From Schmidtea polychroa (taxonomy: Eukaryota): a stretch of DNA of 64,000 nt. This document shows, piece by piece, positions 1 through 14,329 of this stretch. The notes below the pieces were generated by a model. The model saw only the letters and a list, made by a program, of their open reading frames with translations, did no database searches and was not told the origin of the DNA. The stretch spans positions 66,712,001 to 66,776,000 of the forward strand of contig CM097886.1 in the NCBI GenBank assembly GCA_044892525.1. The letters are read 5' to 3'. Position 1 is the stretch's first letter; each line of letters starts with the position of its first letter. Both the position numbers and the translations under genes were made by a program.

Positions 1-3000
1 ATATCTAAAATATGGCATACTACGTTCTACATAACCTAAAAATCGTTATTTCGTTTTGTTAATTTTATGAAATTATTACAAAAAATATAAATTAAAAATC
101 TATAAAAAATGGTAGACTTGCCTTTTTTTGAGTATATAAATTAATTTTATTTCGTTTTATAACCACTAGCAAAAATAAAAACAAATGTTGACACTGGCAG
201 AAATGTCACGCGTCTACAGCCAACGATTTTTTTTAATTGTCAATATCACGCATACAGAGACATTTATTAGAATAATTTGAAAACACAACGGCTCAGCGTT
301 TTGTTATACTTATGCAACACTGTGCATTAGAGTTCCTTTATTGCATATATACTGAGTTATAAGCGCCAAAATAAATTGTTACATTTAAGAGTTAATCTAA
401 CTCCATATTATTAGACCCGTCTAATTAATATTGTTTTTATATTATTAATGATTCCTTGTTTATGATAATCCTTTTATTCAAATCACATATATTTATGATT
501 TCATTCAATTATATATCAATTTTGTAGAAATATCTATCCATTAATTTTCTGTTGGTTTCAATCATCAGAACTTCCCAATGATACATCAGATCCATTCAAC
601 TCTTTGATTTATTAAATTTCTGTCATTTTTCCTTTTTACTTGATCTGACCTTTTCAAATTTGTTAAATTAATTAATAACGGAAACTACTCAGTTAAAATT
701 CCACAATTACTAAATTTTCTTAATTAAATCAATAATTTTGTTAAATAAAAATTCTAAAAAATATCTTTGTTTAAATTATACGAAAGGACCACACGAACAT
801 TAGTTTTATGATATATTTCGACAGTTTTTCTGTTATCATCAAGTCCTATAGAATAACTATAGAAATTAAAGATTTTTGTACAAATTTATTAATTATATCG
901 AATTTATAATAAAAATATTTTATTCTTTAAAAATTATAACAATTATAATGTAAATTACGAATCATTTTTAAATTGTAGTAATTAGAAAAAAGAAATTTTA
1001 AAATATTGAAATTTTAAATTTTAAAAAATTTGTTTTAATTAATTATGCAATTTTCTATATCACAAAATATTTACTTTTTCAATTATCTTATGCATTTTTA
1101 TAATTTTTAATTAATTACTGAATTTCTCATTAAAATATTTCGTTAATTATTTTATTGATTTGACATTTTTACAATTATCTTAAAAATATATTGTACACAA
1201 AAGCACGTAAATTATGCGTGGTATAGCCACAAATTAAGGTATAACATAAAATATAATTAATTTTAAAATATAGAATAAATATATACGTACAAAACAACGA
1301 ATAAAAAATATGGGCTATGGAGTCCACAATCCTACAGGAGTTCGTGAGTATGATTTTATCATTGACTTATTTATTCATGATTTTTGTGATGATATCTATT
1401 GAAACACTTGTGGCCATTTATATTTTATTGTTTAGAATGGTTGAGAAATGTATATGACATATGTGACTACATTTATGTGATTTTTGGGATGACAGTTTTA
1501 ATTTTTAAATTTTGCAATTATTATTTGTAAATTTTGTTTGTTCTTAAATAAATAGCAAAAAACATGTTCAATAAATTAAATAATTTAACCCCTCCCCAAA
1601 CAATGATAATTAATTATTTAACACCTTCTAAAGGCTTATTATAAAAAAATTTTGTTTTTGACGTAAGGCGTCATTAAGTAAAAATAAGAAAGTTGAAAAA
1701 AATAAATCTCAAAATGGAGTTCATACCTTCCTAAAGGTAAAATGTATTATTTTGAAAAAACTCAAATTTATGATCAGGAATTATCCTCCAAAGATAATGA
1801 TAATTAACATTATTATCATATTCCGAAATTGATGTGAACATTATTAGCCTTGGCGCTTCAACAATATTAAAACAAAATTTTAATTTGTTTGAATTTTTCT
1901 AAAATAATTTTTAATGAATAAGCAAGGATTTTATCATAAAATTATACATGCATAAAACATGCAATAATAATTTTATATCAGTTATTTAAAGCATTTTATA
2001 AACTTAATTAATTTAATTGCATACATTTCAAATTTTAATTTTTCGGTTTTATTTTACTTTTGTATATGTAAAAATAAGAAAAAATCAAATGGCTAAAAAT
2101 ATAAAGGGAAATTGTTTAAATTGTCAATCTTTAGTTTTTCAAAGCTTTCTGTTACAAGTTTAATTCTATGACATTTTCATAGATGTATATAAGATGTTAA
2201 ATTATTTCTTTTTATTCGTGATGTTTATTGGTTTCTCTTAAATTAAAAAATATTAAATTATAAAATAAGCTAAAATAATATAATTAATATGTTTTATTGT
2301 TGATATATATAATATATTATTAAAGGAGTAATTACAGAAAGTTTAGTTCCCTTTCATGATATATGACCTTGAACGTGGCATCATAACACAAATATTTATT
2401 GTTTTATTAACAATGCCATGTCAAAACAATTGTTCTGTAAACAATGAATATAAAGCTCATTTCGAACTCCGATCGCATTTCTTTGCTTTATAATTTTTCC
2501 CATAACATGTTAATAAATGTATAATTTAAAATTTTAATTAACTTTCCTCAGATATTATTTATAATTCTTTTTTTATTATATTTATTATATTTATTAAAAA
2601 GCTTAATTGATTTTCTTGATAAGACCAACGTAGACTTTAATTTAGATTTTATATTGAATCCATTTTTAGATATACTTTTTTTTTCAGGAGAATTAAAAAT
2701 GAAATCATTCTAAATTTTTATTAATATATTATTAAATAATTATTGTTTAAATGCTTAATATCATTATTTTGTTAACCTGTTTATTTATTTATGTTTCATA
2801 TCCACACTATGGATATGGGATTTATTTTATTTTAGATTTTCAGGTACAAATATCATGGTTCCGAACCAACCAACTTTGCGTGTGATGTGCGAGTTGCTGG
2901 ATTTCACTGCGGATCCAAACTCGGCTCACTGTAGCAATGTTGTTTAATTCGGAGTGATCATCGGCCACTGGACAATATAGTAAGATTTATTAAATTTTAA

Positions 3001-3684
3001 TGTTTATATGATTTCTTTTCCCGATTTAACTAATAGTTCTCTCAAATAAATTTAGATTAATAGATACTCGATAAGCATCAGAATTTGTATTAATACCCAA
3101 ACTAGGAAAATAATTTTCGACTCTATTTTGGCGTCCCTTTTTTAAAAGTGGTTCCATCGATTTGTCGGGGAAGTTGCTGACTATTAAATGATCTATTTTC
3201 CTTTCGTATATCGGTGCGTTATTTACCTAGACTAATCATATGTATCAATTAGAGAAAGGCTATCCAAAAAGGCCCGCCAAATTATTTTTACGTCCCGGGA
3301 GTACATTTTACTATGAATAAATTTATGTTACTAAATTATTTTTAATATTAAAATTATTTAACTACGTGAAAATTTAAATCTAATTTGAATTTAAAGTAGG
3401 TACTATTTAGTTTGTGTAACTTCACTTAACCTGGCTGAATACAGCAGCAACAGATTTAACGTCTGATGATGGTTGGTTCAACATTGGCGACACATATTAT
3501 ATTTGTGGTTGGTTGTTGTTTATCTATGGTTGGTGCATGTGATGCGCACACTACCCTGCGCTATTTGGTTGACTCATGCAATAGTGTGAGTGCAGTCTTG
3601 TCTAGAATTTGTTGAAGGGCGATTGTGTTATAATATTATTAACTTAATTTCATATTTATTTATTATTTAAAATAATTATTGAAT

Positions 3685-4860
3685 ATGAGTGCTACTAATA
3701 AAAGAAAAATAGACCTCGAAAATCGAGAATTTCAAGATCGCTGGAAGATAGATTATTTATTTATTCTGAACAAGAATGGTAAACCACAGTGTTTGGAATG
3801 TTTACAAATCATAGTTGTGTGAAAAGAATATAACTTGGAGCGTCATTATTTTTCCATGCGTGAAAAAGTATCATTCGGTCACGTGAGACATGGAAATACC
3901 ACTAGTGAAAAAAATAAAAAAGCAGCAGGATCATCAAATGAATTATTTTAATCAAGAACCAAGATTTCAAAAAGCATCTGTAGGTGTATCGTTTGAAGTT
4001 TGTTTAGAAATAGTAAAAGCAAAGAAGCCATTTTTGGATGGAGAATTAATTAAAATATGTTCCATAAAAATGTCTCAAGTATTTAATAACAACGAAATGG
4101 TAAGAAAATTTCAAACAGTATCACTTTCTCACCAGACTGTAAGCGGACGTGTAAACGAAATTAGCATGCATGTCACTAATAAATTAGAAAACCTAATCAA
4201 TAGTTGCTACTATTTTTCAGTAGCATTGGATGAAAGCACAGACATTTCTGATACTAGTCAAATGCTTATCTTTATAAAAACTGTAAATGAAAACTATAAT
4301 TATTCAGAAGAACTTTTAAAATTACAATCATTACACGGAACAAAAAAAAGGTGGAGATATTTACAAACAATTAAAACGTATAGTAGAGCAGTATGGCGGA
4401 TTTGACAAGTGCACTGCTATTGTAACCGACTGTGCTAAAGCTATGACGGGCAAAGATATTGGGTTCGCGTACTTCTGCAAAAAGAAGGAATAACATGTCG
4501 GATGTTACACTGTATTATCCATCAGGATACATTATATGGTTTCCCTCTACAACTAAAATACGTAATGGACAAGGTTTGTAAAATTACTAATTTAATTTGC
4601 GGCAGAAATCATTCTCTTAAACACCGAAAATTTAAATATTTTTTGAATGAATTGGAAACTGAGTATGAAGATCTGCTTTTACATAGTAACTTCCGTTGGT
4701 TAAGTGCTGGAAAGTACTTGAGGAGATTCTTTACACTTCGAAAAGAAGTTCATCTTTTCTCACAGAAATTGCTGTCGATGAAAATTTGACACCAAATTTA
4801 GTTGATAAAAATTTTATTTATTCATATGCTTTCCTAACGAACATTACAAATTATTTAAAT
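3685..4860 (+). pseudogene. hAT transposase pseudogene (frameshifts, C-terminus truncated)
   Basis: MSATNKRKIDLENREFQDRW start; FSVALDESTD (first catalytic Asp); LHCIIHQ (CxxH); FRWLSAGK motif. The motifs are spread over several frames and end at the MITE at 4861. Confidence 0.9.
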
Positions 4861-5141
4861 CAGCGCTGTCCAACTTATCATAACCCGCGGGCCATATTTT
4901 CTTCACCAAACATTTAGGGGCCAAGAAGGTTGATAAATGAAAAGTCAGTTTATGTTAATTTAAAAAATATTTTATTTATTATTAAATGATCTATTGTGGC
5001 CGTAATTGTTTAGCAACAATATCCTTTATGTAAATTAATTAATTAACATAAACTAACTTTTTATTTATCAACCTTCATGGCCCCCAAAATGTTTGGTGAA
5101 GAAAATATAACCCGCGAACTATGATAAATTGGACAGCGCTG
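4861..5141. mobile_element. hAT-type MITE with about 80-bp imperfect terminal inverted repeats
   Basis: CAGCGCTGTCCAACTTATCATAACCCGCGGGCCATATTTTCTTCACCAAACATTT at 4861 is mirrored by AAAATGTTTGGTGAAGAAAATATAACCCGCGAACTATGATAAATTGGACAGCGCTG ending at 5141. Confidence 0.9.
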
Positions 5142-5638
5142 AATTAGAGCATGATGAAGAAATGTCTGCTAATGTGTTTTCTCAACGTCAACCAATACGT
5201 GGTTTAGGCCTACAATTTGCGAATGATTTTTTTATTTTTATCTTTTATTTTTATTCTATTATGTCAAAATAATTTGATAGATGGATTTTTATATAAAGGG
5301 CAACATAAAATAAATTAAGTTGTAAGTCCTATGTAATTGGACACTTCTGGATTTTCTAGAAAATCAAAATTTTAAGAAAGATATTATTAAGGAAATAAAT
5401 TTAAGAAAGGCGACAGTTACATTTGATGTTACAAATTAAATTTAAATTAATTAGTTAAAATTGTAGTTAAAAGTGTAATTAAAATTAACAACAAAAAATT
5501 TAAAATATTAAAGATAAATAATAAAAAAAGTAGTACAAAGAAAACTATATTTTCAATGAAGAAATCATAATCAATTGTTTAAATATATTCTTTATCTGAA
5601 CATTACTTCTATATTTAAATTTTCTTAATATTTTAAAT

Positions 5639-6411
5639 ATGGAGGATATTTCTAGTTTAACTAATAAGGAGTTGAGAGAATTACTTATTAAATATGAAGA
5701 CAATCCACCTCCAGTGAATGGTTGGTTATAAAATAATATATAATTTTTATTAATACAATAAATTCTGTAGCTTCTACTAGAGGAGCGATCGAACAAAAGA
5801 TTAGAAGAAGTCAAGGTTCTTAAAAATAATTTTAAAATTTAATTATTTTAATTATTCTAGGTGAAATTTCGATGAATTTGTCGGATACAATGGAAGTGGA
5901 AAGGTTTGTCGTTTATAATAAATTTTGTATGTCTTCAATTATATAATGGCGAATTATTTATTTAGTAATGTTTCAACATCTATGACTAATAGTATCAAGG
6001 TGCCTACACCACAGTCTACTCCGCTACTTGTTCGATTTGAAGCGAAGTAATTTGCATTCCAGTTTAATTATTTATTTATTGACAGACCAGATATTCATCA
6101 CATATACGAACGAGAATATACTCCATCATATTGTCGTAAATCTCTCAATGAATATCGAGATAAGACATACGAATCGCCTAAATATAACCTTTTAGATAAA
6201 CCCGGATATACACCACATGCTAAAAAACATGAAATGAAAAGTAATATTATATAGTAATAATAATATTTTATTTATTTTAGATTCAAAAGATGTTAATTCG
6301 GGAACAATGTCAAAATATTTGGCGTTAATTTTGATTTTGGTTCTTATTGCTATTGGAATTTATTTTCTATTAACATGGGATCCTTCATTTGTTAATCCTA
6401 TTGAGTCATGA
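5639..6411 (+). CDS. LEM-domain tail-anchored inner nuclear membrane protein (emerin/LAP2-like), 6 exons
   Basis: Manual splicing over five short GT-AG introns gives MEDISSLTNKELRELLIKYEDNPPPVNASTRGAIEQKIRR, which matches the LEM motif (compare emerin GPVVGSTRRLYEKKI). A Ser/Thr/Tyr-rich linker follows, then a single C-terminal TM helix YLALILILVLIAIGIYFLLTW and TGA at 6409-6411. Confidence 0.85.
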
Positions 6412-7723
6412 ATCGGTTCCGTGCACTTAGTTGCTGATAAAAATCAAGATACGTTTAAATTTAATTGATTAATATTTTTCTATAAAAACTGGATTTTGAT
6501 ATTTTTGAAAATGAATTGTATAAAATTGTTTAATTTGTTATTTTATTAAGGTTCATTTTATTATTTAGTGTTAATTAAATGTAGAAATGAAATAGATCAA
6601 ATAATTGTATATTTTTGTAATTATTTGAATGGGGTTAAGGTGTTAATGTTGTTAAATATTATTGGATGCTGTCAAACTGCTATGTGAATGCATTCAGTCA
6701 AATTGCAGATGGTGTAAATAGCTAATCGAACAATGGATGTTTTTCAATTAGTGATTTCATTAAATATAAAACAACTTGCCTTCCTTTACTCTATTTTGAA
6801 ATTATGTTCACTAATTTGTATTTTGTTAAGAATTTAAAATTTATGGAAATTGATTTTACTCCGTCAATTATTTGGTTTGTTTTACCATTTAAGGACTATA
6901 CGGTGGACAGGTCTAATGCTTTTGCCAACAGGCAAAAGATGGTGTTAGCTTTTGGCACCATTATTATGATTTCTTGTCTGACTTATATAGTCATTATAAT
7001 TCGAAATTGTTCACTTTTAATTCATATTTTTATAATAGCGTTTTGATTTTTATTATTGTTGATAACGTAATGGTGAATATAGCAATAACAACTTCATTTG
7101 CAATTAATTGAAAAAAAATTATATTTTACAAAATGATAATTATTAATTATATTGACATTTATTTATCTTTTAATTTTTATGATTAAAAATGTGATTCATT
7201 ACAACTTAATGGATTCAAAATTAATTAGATAGTTTACCATATAAACAAAATCAACTTTATAAAACTCTTATAAAAATAAATTTTTAGCAAAAAGAATAGA
7301 AAAGTTACTTTACAATTTGTTAAATTATAATTATTTATTTTGTAGGCTTATTGATGTGATAATAATAAAATTTTAATATATATTTTCGAATTGCTGATAT
7401 ATCAAAAACATGAACATTCACACCAAAATTTTGCTATAAACAAACCAAACATGATTTGGGCAACTTAATTTGAGGTAATCCCTTTACCTCAATTCTATAA
7501 TTTTTATTACATGTTCATGTCAATGCTATTGTGCTGAAGAAATTTAAAAAAATTTTAAAAACAAAAATTTAATTCAGAATTCTCCACAATACAAAATAAA
7601 AAGTTGATTCTTTGCTATTCTGCATTAAAAAAGAAAGTTGGTTATACTCCTTTATAATTAAATAAAAATGTGAAATACTTAATCTATGATTAAATTCTAG
7701 TAAAGAACTCAGAAAATATTTTG

Positions 7724-10700
7724 TTAGAATTCTTTCTTCATCGCCCCGAGAGCAAGTAGATAATCACAGTCAAATACTTTAATCTTTAAGTCTAGCGAAA
7801 AGATTTTATTTCGCATTTGCAGAAACTTTAAAATCACGGGAGCTTTAAACATTCCTCCACAGAAGTAAATCTAAATCAAACAATAATATTTTATTTAATA
7901 AATAAATACCGTTTTCAATTTATGAGTTTTACACAATTGAATTACGTGTATCATGGTTTCGTTGAAAAATAAACTGCTTAAAGATTCCAGTAAATCATCA
8001 GGGGAAAAATTCTCTTTTCCTTTATTGTAATCTGCACTTTTACCATATGAAAAAATCGGTAGATGTGGTGGCATTTTCCCATATGGTGATTTCTCATTGT
8101 CCGACATTACTTCCCATACTTGAGTGTCGGTATTTTCTCGATTGCCTTTATTTGCTTTTTCCATGACTTCATCATAATTCTATTTATATTATGTGATTAG
8201 AGAAACAATAANNNNNNNNNNNNNNNNNNNNNNNNNNNNNNNNNNNNNNNNNNNNNNNNNNNNNNNNNNNNNNNNNNNNNNNNNNNNNNNNNNNNNNNNN
8301 NNNNNNNNNNNNNNNNNNNNNNNNNNNNNNNNNNNNNNNNNNNNNNNNNNNNNNNNNNNNNNNNNNNNNNNNNNNNNNNNNNNNNNNNNNNNNNNNNNNN
8401 NNNNNNNNNNNNATTAATTCATATACATTCATATAATTCATGTAAGTTGAAAAAGTGACACAGTTCACTGACTTTACTATTCAGTAAAAACAGCTGTTCT
8501 AATAAAAAAAAACTGATTAATAATTCAAAACTTTTGAGAAATGCAATTGAAAAGCCTTATGAATGGCATAAACAGCAATCAGCTTTTATAACTAATAATA
8601 TATTTTGAAATAAATATTTAACAAATTCTTTTTCAATTTCCAAGCATTTCTAATCACATACTTCATAATTGCTCTTATTAAAGATTTTGTCAACCAGAAC
8701 ACGCTTTCCTTTCAGGACTTAGATCTCTAGATTTATCAGATTCTTTATAAACATTGTATGCAAACTTCGAGATATTCTAAATTTAACAAAGCCTGTGATA
8801 TTACTTATATTTTAGCATTCTCAGTAGCACTGAAACCTTCCTTCAAACAGTGCTTCATACTAGATAACATTTCCCATCTTTATTGACAAAATAATTAGAA
8901 AACTAAATAAATATCTGAACAGTAGAAATACGTGATTATGTAAACCACAACTAAAATCGTCATTTTATGTCACTACAAATAATTGATAAAGATTATCTCA
9001 ACATTTCACAAAATAAATGAATTCTCACATTGGAATCAACCAGACATTTACAGAGACCTCTAAAACTTTCTCCTCCACAAAACGTTGAATTTAACAGTTT
9101 AACTGATTTATCCTTTCTCACTAAAAAATATTTAAAGCTTGAACCAGCCAATACCAAAATATTCGGAACAGTGATGGATTCATCATCCTCAGGAGTTTCA
9201 CTGTCAGTTTTAATTTGCATCGCTCTTACAAACTAAAAATTTTTAAATATATTTAAAATTAGAACTATAAATAGTGCAAGAAATGAATCAAAAATTTTTC
9301 AATTTTCATTTTCAGAAAGTCATGAATTTAAAACAAAAAAAGAGGTTTCTGCTTTTGAGGAAAGTTTAAATTTAATTTAAATTTAGTTTTTAACAAAAAA
9401 ACATTATCACAAGATGAGCTCAAGGCATACCAAAGACAGGCTAACATAAATGATTAAGGAAGTCTCCTAAAAATTTATTATATATGGGTTGTCTTTTTCG
9501 TATTCAATATACTTCTAAGTGTTCAAAATTTAAAATCAGATTGAAAAATTTTACCTAGTATAAAAATTTTAATTAGAAATTAAATTAACGTTTTTTTTAA
9601 AAATAATTTTTAAAAAATAAAAAGTAAATTTTAAAAATTTCACAAAAATCATCGAGAGTTTAAAAACAAAGTTCTAAACCGAAAAAGTCTCCATCAGCAT
9701 GGGCTTCTCCGATTCTGTATTAGGAAAAAATATATAAGACTTAATATGAAAAATAATATTTAATAAATTAGCAATAATAAAAATAAAAATAAACCAGGGG
9801 CTAAGTCTGTCAAATATAATAATCTTAAAGATGGCTTCTTTAATTTAAAATTTAAGGATTAGGATTATTCCCATAAAATTTTTACACAATATATTCACAA
9901 TTTCAGTTGACTCGAAAGCATAAATCTGATTTAATTGAACTCAACTCTCAATGAATAACTATTTTACAAATTTATCCTCGATCTGACTGGAAAATTTCAT
10001 GTACTGCTTTTAGTTCTTCGACAAAAATGACAATTTGCATTCCAAATTATCTAACTAATATAAGACCGTTCTCCATTAATAATCCTTGGGAATCTTCGCT
10101 TAAATAACATATGAATCAAATTTTGTATCCTGATATTGTCGAAATTGACTTTCTTTTTCTTTCTGATGGTGATTGATGGAATCGATAAATTTTTAATTAA
10201 TTTATATTTAAAAATTATATACACCAAGAGAGCGATTTTCATTTAATAAATAATTTATTTGTATTTATTTTTTTAATTACCATCTGTTTCCCGATTTCTC
10301 CCAAGATATGTTAACTTTTTAGTCTGTAGTTATTTACCTTTAATTATTATTGATTAATTTGACATCTCATATGTATCTGTTACAGTTAAAGTATAAACAT
10401 AGACAATTAACTAATTAAAGTTTACATTGCAGTTTTAAATTCAGTTAAAGTATACAGTCACTAGTAAAATTTTTAGACAATAATAAACTGTATATTATAT
10501 CTAGGTAGTATGCTGTATTGCAACATGGAATGCTAGAATAACATTTATGTATTTTATTAGAGAATGTAAAAATTTTTTGTATATGTATACATTTAACTCT
10601 CACATATCTACTTAATTTCTGATTAATTTAAATAACATTATTATAAATATATGAATATCAAAAAAACATCGATATATTTACTGATACATAGTCAAACATT

Positions 10701-13700
10701 TTAATACATACAATGTCAATTGAAAAGAAATCAGCGGTGAAATTTGAAAAAAAGTTCTTATTATTATATATATAATATAACAATAATTAGGAATTTTAAT
10801 ATTTTTTATGATGTGATATATTGCACATAAATACAAATTATTATACTACTATTCATAGATACTAGAACTATGATTTTTGTATGACAGTTATATATTAGCA
10901 CATGGCCATTGAAAATCCTTATCAAACATTTGCCAAGTGTATTTCAAGCGTTTTTGGAATGAAAATACTAATGAGAATATAATTTTTATCAAAACGCATT
11001 ATAAAACAGGTTCACAAGTTCTAGTGAGAATATTATAATATATATTAGATTAATTGTCTAATTGACAGTTAATAAAGGCTCTCACGATTATAATTATTAT
11101 AACAATATAATGTCCAAATGAAACAATAAAATCATAAAGAATTAAACAAAACATCGTTTGGGAAAATTTTTGAATAATAATATACAATTATTGGGTTTTT
11201 GAGGGCCGGCCGCCACTATAGTGGCAAACTAGTTCTAAAAATATCAAATGTGGTTTTTCTTATATAAAATTAAAAAAGAAAATTTTTTTTCAAATAAAAA
11301 AATTTCATAAAACACACTGTTTACATAATATTAGCTAAAAACTAAAATAAATCAAACTATAATGAAAATCACATTTCTGTGTGTATTTTTATAAAACTAA
11401 ACAAAACGAATGATTTTTTTCAAGAAATTTATTTTCTAAAAACTACGAATCAATATGTAAAAATAAGAAAAGACAAAAAATTCAATCGAGAAATAAACTA
11501 TTTTATTTTTATCAATAAATATCAATATGAATGAAATAAACCTATGTGAATATTGAACAATATTTTATAAAAAATATATTATAAAATATTTATATTCATG
11601 TAAATAAATTTTATTTTAAAAATTTTAAAAATTATAAAATTAATTTTTTTTTCCAGTTTTTAATGAAATAAATAAAATATTTATAAAAAAAATAAAATTA
11701 AAATATTTAAATAAATTTAAAAAAAAGCCGGTCCTCAAAGGGTTAAAGTCGGTACTGATTCTGACTTCTCGTGCTCTTTGTCTCGGGTATGAAGATAAAA
11801 CCCAACACAAAAACACTTTATTAAATATCAACAAATTTGGATACAAAGTTTTCAATTACACTCTTTTAGTTCTGCACTCTTTAATAAAAATCGAAAGCAC
11901 TCTTCGACCAACTGGCATTTCCCCAATATTGTTGTTTACTTTTATATTGTTACTCGTCCTGCTTACCTTCACAATTAAAATAGCATAGATCAAAATTACG
12001 ATAAACAGAATAATTGAATAGGCGTCTTCTCGTCTTTGTTCACAGATCTCGTTTTGCTAATTTAAAACTTAAAATTTTCTACCACTCGGGCATCCTACAT
12101 GTGTCAGGTTTTTTAAATGGCTCGGGCTTCCCACCTACCTAATAAATTATAAACATTTATTTTTAATTAATTTGTATTTATTGAATATATTTTTCTTGGG
12201 ACCCCTCACCAGTTCCATATTATTATATATGTGTTCGTCATAACGTTTACTACCCGTACATACCAATTACACCCGACATACATCATTTTGATTTTTTTTC
12301 AAAATTTTTAATTTTTAGATTTTTATAAGTTTTCGTATTTTATTGATTTGTACATTTAACGTTTTGCACATTCCAACTTATTTTGAGCTTATTTTATACG
12401 AACTCCAAAACAATTTTCCCTACATTTCAAAAAAATGCAAAAATTAATGTAAGAATTTGAAAAAAATGAACGAAATGAAATGACATCTTTTGCATAATAA
12501 TAAAAACAAACCATAGGGCTAATAAGGCTCTAGGACCCCATCGATCGAAGTATATGTACTAAATTTTCAATTTTTATATTAATTTCTAAATTGTGTACTC
12601 GGAAAACACAAGGAATACATATTTTAATTTTCTACATTACTTGAGAGCACTATCGAACTATTTTATTAGTTTTAACCTCCTTCTTTAAGTAGGTAAAAGA
12701 TTGAAAAATTTATTATCCATTTCAAAACGAAATTTTTCGAATGAAAAAACGTTATGCGTCTAAAAAGCAAATTACATACCGTATATACTCACATATAAGC
12801 CGACCCCCCAAATTTGGTTGATTAAAATGTCAAAAATAGATGATCCGCGTATAAGCCGAAAAATTTCCAAAATTCTCACAAGGATATTTATTAATATTCA
12901 AGATGTTCAGCGCATCGTGAGTCTTGTTTCAGACATGCTTCCATTATGATAATAATCATGTCTTCACAGTCATGATTACCTATACTATTTGATTTCAAAA
13001 ACCTTTCATTTGTGTAGAAAACCCAATTCTAACAGTTTTGGTTCAATTTTTTGCAGGTTTCGAAATTCCAATTACAACCTTCATCATAAATCGGTTTTTT
13101 CGACCGTCTATGGAAAATCACACAATATATTTTTAACAAGACTATTGGAGATTTTTCGGTCAAAAAGTTTATATTTACGAAAAAATACAATAGTCTTAAT
13201 TTTACAAAAGAGTAATGCTAGCAAAAAATTAATATACTTTATATATTACTATATCTTAAATAAAATCTCACTAATCACCTACTAATTTCGGTTATAAGTA
13301 CGTACTTGTCATCTTTATTTGTCACTTATTATTGTAGATAGTTGTTATTAGTTTATTATGATCATGATTGTTTAAATAGAGTGGGATTTGATAAATATAA
13401 ATTTAATTCTGCTTAAGTATAAAACTACTTTGATCTCTTTGATTTTTTAAGAGTTTCTCTTTTAATTTAATAATATAAGTTTGACCTCGGTATATCCGTG
13501 ACAAAAGTCATCATAGATTAGATTCAAGACATTTCAAAAGCAATTTTTTAAAATAAATCCCGATTCTGCACAGTAGAAATTATAAAATGACAATAAAAGT
13601 CATTAAAATAAAAATTTTTTTTTTAATATTTAGAAATAAATCTATTTTAAGCATAAATTTCATAAAAAATTTTCATAAAGTTTAAGTTGATAAATGCATG

Positions 13701-14329
13701 CNNNNNNNNNNNNNNNNNNNNNNNNNNNNNNNNNNNNNNNNNNNNNNNNNNNNNNNNNNNNNNNNNNNNNNNNNNNNNNNNNNNNNNNNNNNNNNNNNNN
13801 NNNNNNNNNNNNNNNNNNNNNNNNNNNNNNNNNNNNNNNNNNNNNNNNNNNNNNNNNNNTTAACATGGGATTATTCATATCTACTTTATACCTATCTATA
13901 TTCTCTACTATATTTTCGCTATCAGTTTTATATTCTACTTCAGCTAATTTCATATTTTTTGATATCAAATCAAATCCATTGAAAACCGCAAAACTTTCAT
14001 CCACTAAAATCGCGTCGATATTAAATATGGATTTTACAATTTTTCTAAATAAAATCAATAATTCTTATGTGCCATATCAAGCATTACTTGATGGATAATT
14101 TTTTAAATCCCGTCAAATATATTTTGGAACTTGTCTGCCTATCTTTATAGATTTCAAGAAGGAAACTTTCTAATTTCTCATTAATAACCGTTGAAAATCG
14201 CAAAGAAACTTTATCAGTTCGACAAATAAACACAATCTTTGCCGTTACGAGTCCACAGTCAATGGCTAAACTATTCTCATCAATAAATGGGAGGAATGAT
14301 TCCAATAAAACTGCTCCTTCAATAACCAT
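7724..14329 (-). CDS. Divergent type II pantothenate kinase-like protein, copy A
   Basis: Exons 14329-14088, 14044-~13860 (end in gap), 9232-9029, 8179-7910, 7870-7724. Motifs LAIDCGLVTAK, VDESFAVFNG, LVLAGSSFKY, GGESFRGL, GNRENTD, FSYGK, YFCGG, YLLALGA align in order with PanK motifs. Intron phases 2,0,0,0. Joining exons 2 and 3 across the gap is inferred from copies B and C. Confidence 0.8.
11190..11750. mobile_element. piggyBac-like MITE (left end degraded)
   Basis: The right end reads TTAACCCTTTGAGGACCGGC on the minus strand. The left end retains TTTGAGGGCCGGC. The interior is AT-rich. Confidence 0.5.
11747..12278 (-). mobile_element. Solo-LTR-like repeat (same family as the 41-46 kb copies)
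   Basis: Starts TGTCGGGTG on the minus strand. Shares the blocks GGGACCCC, CTCGGGCTTCC, TTCGACCAACTGGC and the 3' AATAAA...CACGAGAAGTCAGA...CCGACTTTA with the repeats at 43-46 kb. Confidence 0.6.
12777..12870. mobile_element. pogo/Tigger-type MITE end (partial)
   Basis: TA followed by CCGTATATACTCACATATAAGCCGA, same terminal family as 14620, 26598 and 53461. Confidence 0.6.

Larger units (their letters stand above)
3255..5141 (+). mobile_element. hAT DNA transposon (Buster/SPIN/GTF2IRD2-like), composite, defective
   Basis: The 8-bp direct repeat AATTAGAG flanks both ends (3247-3254, 5142-5149). The left end AAAGGCTATCCAA matches the reverse complement of the right end TTGGACAGCGCTG at 9/13 positions. 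Transposase remnants lie inside. Confidence 0.85.

Noticed and set aside
500-3000. Several GC-richer exon-like islands (about 540-660, 780-860, 1310-1480, 2340-2500, 2836-2980)
   Set aside because: No consistent strand, phase or recognisable domain could be assembled. A gene may be present but I cannot support it.
8184-8468. ORFs made mostly of X at the N-gaps (also 13.7, 27.4, 28.1, 54.7, 55.7 and 56.2 kb)
   Set aside because: Artefacts of translating through gaps.
9030-9236. Plus-strand ORF, and likewise 39054-39386, 35956-36144, 48702-48890, 56737-56937 and 59929-60156
   Set aside because: These are antisense shadows of real exons.
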